A stretch of DNA of 48,300 nucleotides from Candidatus Gottesmanbacteria bacterium RIFCSPHIGHO2_01_FULL_40_15 (GCA_001779115.1 MFJF01000001.1:1-48300), one strand, 5' to 3'; positions 16,874 to 27,688 are shown, counted from the stretch's first letter. Numbers and translations are program-made. The notes: generated by a model not told the origin, from the sequence alone.

Positions 16874-16904
16874 TTGACAAACTTATTACTATTGTGTTTA
16901 CTTT
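16874..16904 (+). promoter_or_regulatory. Probable promoter of the giant fibre gene (TTGACA ... TACTTT)
   Basis: TTGACA at 16874-16879 overlaps the palindrome GTCAAT-TCCT-ATTGAC (16863-16878). TACTTT at 16899-16904 is 5 nt before the ATG. The 19-bp spacer is long. Confidence 0.45.
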
Positions 16905-16909
16905 AATTA

Positions 16910-19900
16910 ATGAGTATATCACAATATAATTTATCTAATTTTGAGGCTAATTTTTATATCTATCTTAAAAATCTGAGTATTTCCCGCATAGTAAAAAAAA
17001 GGCTTAAAAATGACTTTAAAGACTATCTTACTGTACTGCGGTTATCTTTTCCCGCATATAATCTCGGGAATTTCAACAGGCTGTTTACCGCAAATATATT
17101 GCAAACTGTTTTGAAGCTGAATCGGAGAAAAAATAAAAATATCAAGAGGTGGTCTCATTTTAAGGAAATTCTGCTCTCCTACAAAGATCATCTTAATCGT
17201 CAAGAAAATATATATCAATCTACAGCAAATAACAGCCTAAGTGACTCAGAAATCTTTTCAGAATATCTTAAATCTCTTACTAAGAAAAAATTATCCTCAT
17301 CTACGTATCACAATTACAAAGCTGATATTAAACAATTTATTGCCTATATTTACTCACGTCAATTAACCCTGGACTTTATCAATTCTTCCTCTACCCTGGC
17401 TGATTTTTTAGTTTATTTAAAAAATAATCTTAAATTATCTGATCAATCAGTTTCCAGAAAATTATCAGCTTTAAATTCATTTAAATTATGGATAAAAGAA
17501 GCTGGAAAAGAATTTAATTACCTTCAAATATTATCCGAAGAAATCCCGAAAATAAATGAATCCGGCCTTAAAATTCCGATCGGGAAAACAACTCCTGAAA
17601 GTTTATACTCCGACCCCCAATCGAATCCGGCTGTTTCTTCAGTATCTCCTCCTTCTGCTTCCCCGTTAACTTCATTTTTCTATTCTTTTATTTTGCTCAT
17701 CCTTTCAGTATCATTAAGTATCGGAATATATCAACAGTTCTTCAAGGATACTCCGTCACCTCAAGCCTTTCCGGCTCAACCGGTCAGACCGGGTCGGGTA
17801 CTAAATTTTCAAGGAAGACTGACTGATCAGACAGGAAATCCGGTTTTCGATAAAACCTCTATAAAATTCCGTATTTGGGATAAAGATTCAGGAGGATTGG
17901 AACTTTATGATTCTGATTTCTGTTCCATAACTCCCGACCAAAATGGTATTTTCTATATCTTATTAGGATCAACGTGCGGCAAAGAAATTGACAGTAGTGT
18001 TTTCTCAGAAAACCTTTACACTTATCTCGGAATTACTGTCGGAAATGATGAAGAAATGCGTCCCAGACAACAAATCGCCTCAGTAGGCTATGCACTAAAC
18101 AGTGAAACTTTACAGGGCTTGCCTCCGCAATCACCGGCCGGTATATCAACAATACCGTTTATTGATAAAGAGGGCCAGATGTTAATCAGTGCTCCCGGTC
18201 CGATGATCAGATCAACATCGGGCACTTTCACTTTGGAAGGAAGAAGTATTAATTTTCAAACAGGTTCGGGTTCGGGAGGTTCCATCAGTTTTTCTCCTGA
18301 CGGCAATGGGACCGTTAATCTGAATTTGGGAGGATTCTCACCTGCCTCCGGATCCGGATTCCTCAATGTCCTGGGGCCTAATATTATTTCAGGCAGTTTA
18401 ATTTCTGCTATAGGATCAACTCTGACTGCCGGATATAAACTTATAGAACTTTCTTCAGGTAATCCCTCGACCGGTAAATTTTCCGTAGATGCCGGCGGAA
18501 ATACTATCATTTCCGGAGATTTAAGTATCGGCAACCACCTCCATTCAACACCTTCCGGTACTCTTGTAAATTCACCTCTTAGTGTAAACGGCCAGATTTA
18601 TGACGGTGGTCTGGGAATTTACGCAACAAGCGGCCGCAGAATCCCTGTTGCTTTTGACTTTACTAAAGATACCGTTATTGAATTTGATTTCAAATCAGCA
18701 TCAAACAAGATCGAAATACAAACAAATATAAATGAAGAAGGTTTAAAATACTACCTTTTTACCTGGGCTGCGACAGGTGCTATGACGATCGAGAAATGTA
18801 ATCCGGCTTGCACTCAACTAACCTCCTCTACTCTTTCTTTTACCAATGACACCTGGCACCACGGTTTTATCAGCTTTTCAGGCAGTAATATAAAATGGGA
18901 TCTCGATAAAGGCGGAAAAACAATAACCGCATCAGTAAATTCAGATGTGCCTAAAATTTCAGGAGGTTACACCGCCTTTACTTCCGGATTTCGGGCCATA
19001 TCAAATCTTCGGTTTTCCCCGACATCTGATCTCATCTTATCTTCCGGAAATGCCGCTTTGGGAGGCCGGTTAACGGTCGCAGACCATATTGTCACTTCTG
19101 GTCAGATTCAAACAGGCAGCTTTTCTTCGGAGCCGCAGGCATCAGGCAACGGAGCTTTGTATTTTAACTCCACAGACGATAAGCTTTATTATTACAACGG
19201 CACAGATTGGACTTCAACCAACTTGGGTGACACCGGTCCGACCGGAAGCGTCGGTGCCACAGGTCAAACCGGCCCTACGGGAAGCGCCGGTTCAACAGGC
19301 GCGGTCGGCCAAACCGGCCCCACGGGACCGGAAGGAGAATCAGGTCCGACAGGTTCAACTGGTCCCTCAGGCGGAACAGGCACAACAGGGCAAAGTGGTC
19401 CGACAGGCTCAACCGGAGCTACCGGTCCGGCCGGACCGGGAGGTGAAACTCTGCTCTACTATTCAGGTTCGGGAGAATCCGCGTTTCTTTATCCGAATAC
19501 CGACTACTCATATGATCTGGCCATGAAAGGCCTTATCCTGGGCTACAGCGGTGCTGCCGGAGCCACCATCACAACCGGGGATACCAATGAAGGCCTGGTC
19601 ATCGACCCTGACGGAACAGGCTCTGTCAGTATAGTTGGGAATACGGATATTGAAGGGTATCTGACAATTGACACTGATCCTTCCGGAGCATTTAACGAAA
19701 GTCTTTGTCATAGCGGTGGTGACGGAGATACAAATGATCTGAAATTAGGAGACTGTATAGCCGGAGGAGCTGATCTGGCCGAATATTACGGTGCCTCACC
19801 GGATGTTGCTGCCGGTGACATTGTCGTAATTTCAGCTGAAGGCTACCAGATTGATAATAAAAAGTTAGGCCGATCTTCAAAAGCATTTGTTGCCAAATCA

Positions 19901-22039
19901 TCAGTACCATATCAAAAAGATATAATTGGCATCGTTTCTGCAAATCCTTATTCTGAAATACTCTCCGAAGGCGTCTTTGAAAATGATGAAAACCCTGTTC
20001 CCGTCGCCCTGGCCGGACGTGTTCCTGTCAAATTCTCTTCGGAAAATGGTCAGGTAGAAAAAGGTGATCCGGTAACTTCGGGAAGCATTCCCGGATTCGC
20101 CATGAAAGCAAATGAAACCGGGCCGGTTGTCGGTAAAGCATTGGAAAGTTTTAATTCTGACTATTCCCAACTATCCTGTCCTGATGGCACTCCCTCCCGT
20201 ATAAAATGCGGTGAAATTTTGGTTTTGCTCAATTTGAGCTTCTATATTAAAACCCTTTCCCAGGATGAACTCAGCCGGTATACCCTGATAGCTGGTGGGT
20301 ACTCTGGCCAAAGCACTCTCAATTCCTTGAAGGAAGTTGCTGCCGGTGTTATGGACTCTGCCGCCGGTGTACTCTTTTCCCTCAAAGCTTCTTTTGAATC
20401 ACTTACTGCCGGGGATATTGAAGCGGAAAAACTTACTTCGGCCATTATTGAGTCGGATGAAATTTTAACGCGAAACTTAAAAACTGATGTTATTTCACCA
20501 CTTTCTGATAATGGGGAAGTAATAATTGAAGGCAATTTGGCAGTTTATAACGAAAATGGCACCATTTCAGCAATACTTGACCGTCAGGGTAATCTTAACA
20601 CTCAAGGTAATATCACCGCCGGTTATGCTACTTTTAGATCACTCCTTGAGGCTGAAAATGCTTCCGTTGCCGGATTATTAAACACAGCCTCACTGAGAGT
20701 GGAAAATGCTACTGTTACCGGAACTCTCCACGCTGACGATATCCGTTCAACCCGTCTTGATAATCTGCAAAACTCATTCGGCAGTCTTTTGGAAAAATTA
20801 AATGAAATTGCCACAGCATCCGCCGCTCTGCCTGCCCCTTCTCCAAAAACGGGCGTACCGGCACCGACCGTGTATCTTTCTCCGACTATAAGTCCGCCAT
20901 CCGATACGGCATTTCCCAAAGAGACGGGATTTTCAACGCTCTCCGCCTCATTGCTTGTTCAATCTGATAAGTCCGGTTCGGACCGGTATATTTCCGACCT
21001 TGTCACAGCTTCTCTGCAAAATACGGATAATCTGCTTACGTTAAACCAAAGAATTGAGGATTTCCTGAAAAATTCTTCCTCAGTGCTTGACGATACTTAT
21101 AAGAAGTTTCCCTTATCGGATTCACATTCTTCCATAAATGTGGATTCACCGGTTGAAATTGACCCCGCTATGCTGAAAAACCTCACCGTTACCGGAGAAT
21201 CTTCTCTTGCCGATACATCAATAGCCGGCCAGCTTCTGATTGACGGATCCTTAATATTGGAAAATAGCAGTATAAAAGCTTTAGAAACTTTATATCTTTC
21301 TTCCGAAAAAACAATTGATCTTATGGGAGGAAAAGTTTTAGTTGACGAAAACGGCAATCTAACCGTTAAAGGTGAAATACTGGCTGAAAAAGGAATAAAA
21401 ACCAATACCGTTAGCGCCTCCGGCAACCTTAATATTAATTTGGCCCCGTTGCCTTCTGAAACGCCTGCAGATTCTTCTTCCGGGCAATTTGATTCATCAC
21501 CCATAAAGGATCAATCTGGTCAGGCTGCTTCGGAAAGAATAGGAGGCTTTGGAAAGCTTCTTATTAATAATTCTTCAATTACGGTGGCAGCCATTGACGG
21601 ACAGGGAAATGCCAAGTTCTCGGGTGATCTTCAAATTGATAAAAATGCCAGTGTTAAAGGCGCCTTAAGCACCTCGAAATTATATCTGCAAAATTCGCAG
21701 GATAGTTCCGGTAATCCTGAAACTATATCCGCGGCCGAAAATTTTCTGCAAAATAATATTAATGCTCCCGGCCTTAATGCGTCGGGTTCGATAGGTTCGG
21801 CAGTCATTCCCGCTTCCAACCGGGAATTCGTCATCTTCACCGACAGTCTTTCCCAAAACTCGCTTATCTACCTGACTATTACTTCAAAGGTACAAAATAG
21901 AACATTATATCTGGCAAAACAAAAGTCCTGTCAGGAGGATACCGCTGCCGATTCTGTTTCCTGCCGGCCTTACTTTACTGTTGCGCTCGATATTCCTTAT
22001 GAGAAAGATATTTCATTCAATTGGTGGCTGGTCAATTAA
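16910..22039 (+). CDS. Giant membrane-anchored fibre/adhesin with an N-terminal tyrosine-recombinase core-binding (SAM-like) domain, collagen repeats and a peptidase G2/IMC-like domain
   Basis: aa ~114-199 EYLKSL...[16 protein letters not shown]...[19 protein letters not shown]; TM at aa ~256-274; [10 protein letters not shown] fibre N-domain; G/S/T-rich beta repeats; 25 GXY triplets; [46 protein letters not shown]; C-terminal FNWWLVN. Confidence 0.85.
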   Translation: MSISQYNLSNFEANFYIYLKNLSISRIVKKRLKNDFKDYLTVLRLSFPAYNLGNFNRLFTANILQTVLKLNRRKNKNIKRWSHFKEILLSYKDHLNRQENIYQSTANNSLSDSEIFSEYLKSLTKKKLSSSTYHNYKADIKQFIAYIYSRQLTLDFINSSSTLADFLVYLKNNLKLSDQSVSRKLSALNSFKLWIKEAGKEFNYLQILSEEIPKINESGLKIPIGKTTPESLYSDPQSNPAVSSVSPPSASPLTSFFYSFILLILSVSLSIGIYQQFFKDTPSPQAFPAQPVRPGRVLNFQGRLTDQTGNPVFDKTSIKFRIWDKDSGGLELYDSDFCSITPDQNGIFYILLGSTCGKEIDSSVFSENLYTYLGITVGNDEEMRPRQQIASVGYALNSETLQGLPPQSPAGISTIPFIDKEGQMLISAPGPMIRSTSGTFTLEGRSINFQTGSGSGGSISFSPDGNGTVNLNLGGFSPASGSGFLNVLGPNIISGSLISAIGSTLTAGYKLIELSSGNPSTGKFSVDAGGNTIISGDLSIGNHLHSTPSGTLVNSPLSVNGQIYDGGLGIYATSGRRIPVAFDFTKDTVIEFDFKSASNKIEIQTNINEEGLKYYLFTWAATGAMTIEKCNPACTQLTSSTLSFTNDTWHHGFISFSGSNIKWDLDKGGKTITASVNSDVPKISGGYTAFTSGFRAISNLRFSPTSDLILSSGNAALGGRLTVADHIVTSGQIQTGSFSSEPQASGNGALYFNSTDDKLYYYNGTDWTSTNLGDTGPTGSVGATGQTGPTGSAGSTGAVGQTGPTGPEGESGPTGSTGPSGGTGTTGQSGPTGSTGATGPAGPGGETLLYYSGSGESAFLYPNTDYSYDLAMKGLILGYSGAAGATITTGDTNEGLVIDPDGTGSVSIVGNTDIEGYLTIDTDPSGAFNESLCHSGGDGDTNDLKLGDCIAGGADLAEYYGASPDVAAGDIVVISAEGYQIDNKKLGRSSKAFVAKSSVPYQKDIIGIVSANPYSEILSEGVFENDENPVPVALAGRVPVKFSSENGQVEKGDPVTSGSIPGFAMKANETGPVVGKALESFNSDYSQLSCPDGTPSRIKCGEILVLLNLSFYIKTLSQDELSRYTLIAGGYSGQSTLNSLKEVAAGVMDSAAGVLFSLKASFESLTAGDIEAEKLTSAIIESDEILTRNLKTDVISPLSDNGEVIIEGNLAVYNENGTISAILDRQGNLNTQGNITAGYATFRSLLEAENASVAGLLNTASLRVENATVTGTLHADDIRSTRLDNLQNSFGSLLEKLNEIATASAALPAPSPKTGVPAPTVYLSPTISPPSDTAFPKETGFSTLSASLLVQSDKSGSDRYISDLVTASLQNTDNLLTLNQRIEDFLKNSSSVLDDTYKKFPLSDSHSSINVDSPVEIDPAMLKNLTVTGESSLADTSIAGQLLIDGSLILENSSIKALETLYLSSEKTIDLMGGKVLVDENGNLTVKGEILAEKGIKTNTVSASGNLNINLAPLPSETPADSSSGQFDSSPIKDQSGQAASERIGGFGKLLINNSSITVAAIDGQGNAKFSGDLQIDKNASVKGALSTSKLYLQNSQDSSGNPETISAAENFLQNNINAPGLNASGSIGSAVIPASNREFVIFTDSLSQNSLIYLTITSKVQNRTLYLAKQKSCQEDTAADSVSCRPYFTVALDIPYEKDISFNWWLVN
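19226..19450 (+). repeat. Collagen-like (Gly-X-Y)25 repeat, Thr-rich at Y
   Basis: [18 protein letters not shown] ... GPA GPG GET, uninterrupted. Confidence 0.95.
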
Positions 22040-22081
22040 GTCTTTCCGCTGCTCATATATTAAATAAGGTATAATGAAAAA

Positions 22082-22381
22082 ATGCTAAATCAGATAAAAA
22101 AAGACCCTTTTATTCCGGTAATTCTTGTTCTCACTTTTATGCTGTCTATTATGATCACTTCGTTTGTTAGGGGAAAAATCTATAAACCGCTTCAATATAA
22201 AAATTCTTCCAATGTCCTGGGTCTTTCCACATTTCATCCGCTCCCTCCTGACTGCCGGCCAGGCAGTTGCGGCTTCTGCGCAAATTGCGGTTCAAATCCG
22301 GGAATAAGTTGCGGACCTTTATCCCGGTGTTCCCAAAAAGACGAAAATTACTACTGCCGGTTTGACTTCAATTGTCAATAA
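22082..22381 (+). CDS. Small membrane-anchored Cys-rich protein (8 Cys)
   Basis: N-terminal TM, VLG linker, then CRPGSCGFCANC...C...C...C...C; TATAAT (22070-22075) lies 6 nt upstream. Confidence 0.75.
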   Translation: MLNQIKKDPFIPVILVLTFMLSIMITSFVRGKIYKPLQYKNSSNVLGLSTFHPLPPDCRPGSCGFCANCGSNPGISCGPLSRCSQKDENYYCRFDFNCQ

Positions 22382-22415
22382 AATAGGGCAATAATAGACC
22401 TGTTGAGCCAATAAC

Positions 22416-24245
22416 ATGAGGCTATATAAACTGAAAAGTTTACCTGATTCCTTAATAACCGCTGTTTTTACCTTTTTCATACTGAGCTTTCCCTTGTTAT
22501 TTCTTAATCTCACTTTCGAACCGGCCGAACACAGCAAACTTCTATCGTTAATTTTAATTTGCAGCCTGCTGCTTTCTCTGATGTCATTAAACATTCTGAA
22601 GGTAAAAAAAGTTACGCTTGTCAAAAGCACTTACGCGATACCGCTGATTTTGATTACCGCTTTTTACCTGTTAAGCTCGATTTTAGTCTCGCCTAATATA
22701 TTTCTGACTCTCAATACTTCCCAATCAACATCATCTTGGCTGGCTCTTCTTTTCCTTTATTTAACCCTCACGGGATTTTTTTCATTTAATGACCGGTTCC
22801 GGAAAACCACACTTATTCTGATTTCCGCAGGAACATCACTTGTAGCTCTCTATCAGTATTTAATGTATTTGCGCTATATACCGTTTAATCTTATTCTGCC
22901 GACCGGCAATCTGCTCTCTTCAGCAGTTTTTTTCTCGGTTGTCATTATCTTAACCATTGCCAATTTAACCGTACTGATAAGTAAAGAAAAAGATAATCTG
23001 GTTCAAACTATCAAAAAAAATATCATCCTGCTTCTGTCATTAGTAATCCTCATCCCTGCGGATATGCTTCTTATTCTCCATCTTCTTTCTGATCAAAAAC
23101 CGATTCTTCTTCCGCACACCATTGCCTATTCCATAGTCGGCCAAATAATAAACCATCCAAAAACTTTCTTATTAGGAGTCGGGCCGTCTAATTTCATTTC
23201 CGCTTTTACTTTAGGCAAACCCCTTTCAATAAATTATTCATCTCTTTGGAATATTACTTTTACCAGTTCTTCTTCATTTTTCACGACACTGATTACGGAA
23301 ACAGGAATTTTAAACGGTATTATTTTCCTGTCTGTTGCCGTAATATCGATCTGGCGTGTCAGAAAATTCAGATATTTGGACCGCTTTCCTGCCCTTTTTG
23401 GATTGAATATCCTGCTTATATTACTGATAATATTTCCGGGTAGTCTTTCTCTTCTTATTCTTCTGGTTATTCTTTTATCGCTGTCGGCAGACGTTAATAA
23501 TAAAAAGACTGTCAGTCTTAAAAGAATTGGTCCCCTAATCTATTTTCTGCCGGTTTTGTCAATATTTATATCCTTCTTAATAATCTATTTCACCGCAAGA
23601 GCCTATTTAGCTGAAAGTTTTTACCGTCTGTCATATAACTACCTGGATAAAAATGACGGAACAAATGCTTATAATTATCAAAGAAAGGCCGTCAGCCTTA
23701 ATCCTTATATCGATAAATACCATTTGGCTTTATCCCAAAGCTCAATCATTCTGGCTGATGCCATGGGCAAAAAAAAGGATTTATCCCAAGATCAAAAACA
23801 GATGATACCCAAGCTGGCTCAACAGTCAATTGAAGAAGGCCGGATGAGTATTAGTCTTAACAAAACCAATGTTTTTAATTGGGATAATTTGAGTAAAATT
23901 TATTCGGCTCTTATTAATTTTGCCGCAGATTCTGACCGCTGGGCAATTGAAACCGCCAAACAAAAAGTAACTCTTGATCCCAAAAACCCCAATAACTGGC
24001 TCAATTTAGCTCTTATATATAACAAACTGGAAAATTATGATGATGCGGAAAAATCGCTTCTCCGGGCTATCGAACTAAAAAATGATTTGCCCGGCCTCCA
24101 TTATCAATTAGGATTAGTCTATAAAAATAAGAATAATTTAGGGAAAGCCCGGAGCTATTTTGAAAAAGCCTTAAACATGCTGCCTGAGGATAGTCCCGAT
24201 TACATAAAAGTCGAAATGGAGTTAAAAACATTTGCCTCTCCTTAG
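22416..24245 (+). CDS. O-antigen ligase/PglL-like polytopic membrane protein with C-terminal TPR repeats
   Basis: ~12 TM; FLLGVGPSNF, TLITETGILNG (Wzy_C-like); TPRs such as DPKNPNNWLNLALIY and LHYQLGLVY. Confidence 0.8.
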   Translation: MRLYKLKSLPDSLITAVFTFFILSFPLLFLNLTFEPAEHSKLLSLILICSLLLSLMSLNILKVKKVTLVKSTYAIPLILITAFYLLSSILVSPNIFLTLNTSQSTSSWLALLFLYLTLTGFFSFNDRFRKTTLILISAGTSLVALYQYLMYLRYIPFNLILPTGNLLSSAVFFSVVIILTIANLTVLISKEKDNLVQTIKKNIILLLSLVILIPADMLLILHLLSDQKPILLPHTIAYSIVGQIINHPKTFLLGVGPSNFISAFTLGKPLSINYSSLWNITFTSSSSFFTTLITETGILNGIIFLSVAVISIWRVRKFRYLDRFPALFGLNILLILLIIFPGSLSLLILLVILLSLSADVNNKKTVSLKRIGPLIYFLPVLSIFISFLIIYFTARAYLAESFYRLSYNYLDKNDGTNAYNYQRKAVSLNPYIDKYHLALSQSSIILADAMGKKKDLSQDQKQMIPKLAQQSIEEGRMSISLNKTNVFNWDNLSKIYSALINFAADSDRWAIETAKQKVTLDPKNPNNWLNLALIYNKLENYDDAEKSLLRAIELKNDLPGLHYQLGLVYKNKNNLGKARSYFEKALNMLPEDSPDYIKVEMELKTFASP

Positions 24246-24247
24246 TT

Positions 24248-25273
24248 TCACTTAACAATGGCAAACACCGCTCCGGAAAGGATAATAAGATATAAAATCC
24301 AACCGGTAAAAAATGACTTTACGGCAAAAAGTGTTCCTTCCTCTCTTGCTGAAAATAATAGAAATTTTCTGACCCCCCAAAGATGCACTAAAAGAAATAA
24401 AATAAATCCGGCAGCCGTTAAAAGAGACCAAAATCTTAATCCGAAGATTTGGAACAGGATATATAATCCCAAAAAGAAAGCTGTCAAACCGGCCGATATT
24501 GTCGTTAGTGCTTCCTTGGAGGTAGTCGCCACCGGGTCAAATTTTTTTCTTTCCCGGTATATCTTGCTCCAAAAATAACTTCGCCAGAAATATTTTTTGG
24601 CAATCGGCAGAAAATCCTCAAACTCATGCCTGACCATAACTTTGGGATTAAATACAACAGCGTATCTTCGGGCAATTCTGTAAGTCAGTTCAATATCTTC
24701 TACCAGTGCCGTTTTATATGTCGTATCAAAGCCCTTAAGTCTTAGAAATAAGGATCTGTTTATGGCGGCAATCCTGGTCGAAAAAAGATAATAGTAATTC
24801 CGGGGATCTCTTTCGTTAATCCAGTAACTCCAGTCTCTTAATGCTTTAAACTTTGGAAAAAATTTTCTGTTTTTCTGGGTTCGGGTCCAGACGCCGGTTA
24901 GGGCAAATAGGTCCGGATCTTTCTTAAATGAACTGATTACCTCAAAAAGCGTATTTTTATATAGATAAACATCAGCATCCAAAAAAAGGGCAATTTTCCC
25001 GCGGGCGTATTTTACTCCTATATTCCGGGCTTTTGCCGGACCGCAATTCTCTTTTAAGGAAATTATTTTTACCCCGGAAGTATTTTTCCTTTTCGCAAAT
25101 CTCGCAATAACTCTTTTAGCTTCCGGCAAAGTTTGATCAATGGAAAAATCATCAACTAGACAAATCTCTATTTCATTTAAATCAACGCTTTTTGAATTAT
25201 AAATGGACGTGAGTAATCCGCCGATCTTTCCCTGGCTGTTATAGGCCGGGATGATAATGGAAAGAAACGTCAT
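24248..25273 (-). CDS. GT2 glycosyltransferase with C-terminal TM helices
   Basis: SIIIPAYN, LVDDFSID, GPAKARNIG, LFLDAD, EDIEL. Confidence 0.92.
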   Translation of the reverse strand: MTFLSIIIPAYNSQGKIGGLLTSIYNSKSVDLNEIEICLVDDFSIDQTLPEAKRVIARFAKRKNTSGVKIISLKENCGPAKARNIGVKYARGKIALFLDADVYLYKNTLFEVISSFKKDPDLFALTGVWTRTQKNRKFFPKFKALRDWSYWINERDPRNYYYLFSTRIAAINRSLFLRLKGFDTTYKTALVEDIELTYRIARRYAVVFNPKVMVRHEFEDFLPIAKKYFWRSYFWSKIYRERKKFDPVATTSKEALTTISAGLTAFFLGLYILFQIFGLRFWSLLTAAGFILFLLVHLWGVRKFLLFSAREEGTLFAVKSFFTGWILYLIILSGAVFAIVK

Positions 25274-25311
25274 GCTGAAAATTCCAACCCATCTTAAGCT
25301 ATAATCAATTT

Positions 25312-26967
25312 ATGTTCAAGTATAAAAATTGTATTTTGCTTGGCATCTTGCTCTTTTTCCTCACCTTTTCCTTTTACCCGACCGTCTATGAAATACGCCA
25401 GTCACCGCGCCTAAAGGTCAAAAACCGGAATTTTATCCTGGAACACAACTATTACTGGCCTGATTTTAACCTCTATCTGTCCAAAGTCAGGCAGGGTTAT
25501 GAAAACAGATGGCTGGCGGTTGAAAAATATACCTCGGAACCCCACCGGGGCTCCCTTATTCAGATCTTCTATCTCTATATGGGAAAAATCGGTATGAGTT
25601 TGGGTCTTCAACCCAATATTGCCTACCAGCTTGGCCGGATAATACTCTCGCCGCTCCTTTTAATAGTTATTCTTATGTTGGTCCAGTATTATTTCCGCGC
25701 TCCTTTATGGCAGATTCTTGCCTTTGTCATAACTCTTGTCTCCGGCAGTTTTTTGAAAATCAGCCGGATTGACGGCACTTTAAGATTGGAGCGCTTCATG
25801 GAATGGTGGTCAAATATTGATTCCCTCCAGCGTATTACTTTTATTCCCCACATTCTCTTCGGTCAGGTTATTTCTTTTTATCTCCTTTTCCGGATAACCC
25901 TGTCAAAAAATCCCCTAAAAAAAAGCCGGCTCCTTATTTATATAATTCTGGCAAATCTCGTCGGATTAGTTTTTCCTCCCAGCTTGATTACCCTCTTGGG
26001 TGTCTTAATCCTGCTTCAAATAATTGAGTTTATAAAAAATCCGAAACCTGTTTCTCAAAAAGTAAACCTTTTGCTTTCATCACCCGAATTGCGGTTTATT
26101 CTATTCTCTCTTCCTTCACTTTTATACCTTTATATTACCACCAAAATTATCCCCTGGTCTGCCCTGGTAGAATTTCACCGTACCCATCCGATGATGATTC
26201 CTTTTGATCAGTATGTTCTGGGCACCGGCCCGGTCATATTTCTTGGATTTTTGGCCGGAATTTTGGCAATTATCAGTAAGGAAAAAAGATTTTACCCGAT
26301 GATTCTCTGGGTAGTTGTTACTTTCCTGTTTGCCGCGCTGTTTTCGGTTGTTAAGGAACAAAGTCCTCTCCGCTTCACCCAAACAGGACTCTTTATTCCC
26401 TTAGGCATATTGGGTACTTATTTTATGTACCGGCTTGCCGGTGTAATCAACTTAAACTTCTATAGGTATTTGATCTTTTTTTTAATTGTTCTGTATATCG
26501 GATCAAACTTATTCGTTATGAAAATGAGCTTAAATTGGCAACTTTCTTTCATTAATCAAAGGGTTGGTGCTGACATTCCCGCAGTACCCTTTCCTCCGCA
26601 AACCATGTATCCGCTGACCGAGTGGATGGACGCTATAATTTGGCTGAAAAATAACACCGGGAATGAAGATGTTGTCCTGGCGGAAATAACAGCCGGGAAT
26701 TTTATTCCGGCTTATTCCGGCAACTTTGTCTATTTCGGCCAAAGTAATACCGTTGATTACAACCGGAAAGGTGATGAAGTTAACCGCTTCTTCACCGCTC
26801 AAATGACCGACAGCCAGGCCGGGATTTTCCTCCGGAATGGCCGTATCGGTTACGTTTTCTTCGGAGTCCAGGAAAAGGAAAAGTTGGGCTGGAAAAATCT
26901 GGAAGAATATTATCCCTTTTTAAAACCGGTCTTTAAGAACAATTCTGTTGTTATTTACCGGATTTAA
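25312..26967 (+). CDS. GT-C-type polytopic membrane protein (paralog family A)
   Basis: DFNLYLSKVRQG..YTSE..FYLYMG, IPH, and a C-terminal soluble domain W.KNNT...FIPAYSGNFVYFG; TATAAT 6 nt upstream. Confidence 0.7.
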   Translation: MFKYKNCILLGILLFFLTFSFYPTVYEIRQSPRLKVKNRNFILEHNYYWPDFNLYLSKVRQGYENRWLAVEKYTSEPHRGSLIQIFYLYMGKIGMSLGLQPNIAYQLGRIILSPLLLIVILMLVQYYFRAPLWQILAFVITLVSGSFLKISRIDGTLRLERFMEWWSNIDSLQRITFIPHILFGQVISFYLLFRITLSKNPLKKSRLLIYIILANLVGLVFPPSLITLLGVLILLQIIEFIKNPKPVSQKVNLLLSSPELRFILFSLPSLLYLYITTKIIPWSALVEFHRTHPMMIPFDQYVLGTGPVIFLGFLAGILAIISKEKRFYPMILWVVVTFLFAALFSVVKEQSPLRFTQTGLFIPLGILGTYFMYRLAGVINLNFYRYLIFFLIVLYIGSNLFVMKMSLNWQLSFINQRVGADIPAVPFPPQTMYPLTEWMDAIIWLKNNTGNEDVVLAEITAGNFIPAYSGNFVYFGQSNTVDYNRKGDEVNRFFTAQMTDSQAGIFLRNGRIGYVFFGVQEKEKLGWKNLEEYYPFLKPVFKNNSVVIYRI

Positions 26968-26968
26968 C

Positions 26969-27688
26969 TTACTTAAATATTGCCGATCCTATCCTTATCA
27001 TGTCGCTACCCTCGGAAATTGCTTCTTTCCAATCATTGCTCATACCCATTGATGTCAGTAAATCGTACTTCTGAGCCAATTGCTTCAACCTCCCAAAATG
27101 CGGCCGGACATCCTCAGGATTATCAGAATAAGGCGCCATGGTCATAAGGCCTTTTAAATTAAGATTGTCCATTTTTCTTATTTTTTCAATTACCTCTCCG
27201 GCTTGATCCGGAATAATTCCCTGTTTTGTCTTCTCACCGGAAACATTAACCTGAAGATATATAGGCACAACTTTCACTGCCCTATAATTTACAGCCTCAG
27301 CTGTCGCCAAATTGTCAAGGGAATGAATTTCGTCAAATATTGACAATGCTTTGTTTATCTTGTTCTTCTGTAAAGTCCCGATCATCACCGGTGTATATTT
27401 CCCGTCAAACCCCGCCCCTAGTGATGATAGATATCCGAATTTCATAAAAGCTTCCTGGACGCGGTTTTCTCCGATAATGGCGGCTGCCTTCTTTTTTTTA
27501 TTAATAAGACTAATAAATACTGCCAGTTTTTCGCCGGATATGTATTTAGTGGCAAATAAAACCTCTATCTTTGCCCGGTCACGGCCGCAATTTACGGCTG
27601 CCTTTTCAAATTCGTCATTAAATAAATCCAGTTTTTTTCCGGTTTCCTCCTCCCAGTCTAAAATCGAAGTTTGAGCTTCCTTAACCAT
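26969..27688 (-). CDS. yggS: PLP homeostasis protein, YggS/PROSC family
   Basis: ATK (PLP lysine), GENRVQE, IGTLQKNKIN, QVNVSGE..KQG, GLMTM, SMGMSND, GSDMIRIGSAIF. Confidence 0.93.
   Translation of the reverse strand: MVKEAQTSILDWEEETGKKLDLFNDEFEKAAVNCGRDRAKIEVLFATKYISGEKLAVFISLINKKKKAAAIIGENRVQEAFMKFGYLSSLGAGFDGKYTPVMIGTLQKNKINKALSIFDEIHSLDNLATAEAVNYRAVKVVPIYLQVNVSGEKTKQGIIPDQAGEVIEKIRKMDNLNLKGLMTMAPYSDNPEDVRPHFGRLKQLAQKYDLLTSMGMSNDWKEAISEGSDMIRIGSAIFK

Noticed and set aside
16241-16909. oriC
   Set aside because: AT-rich, but no cluster of TTATCCACA DnaA boxes was seen and no dnaA/dnaN is nearby.
16910-17510. Integrase, prophage or mobile element
   Set aside because: Only the core-binding domain is present. 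There is no catalytic domain, no att/tRNA site and no phage structural or replication genes.
19226-19450. CRISPR array or DNA-level VNTR
   Set aside because: The 9-bp periodicity is explained by collagen codons with synonymous variation; there is no repeat-spacer structure.
16910-22039. Diversity-generating retroelement target
   Set aside because: No reverse transcriptase and no TR/VR repeat pair is visible in the window.
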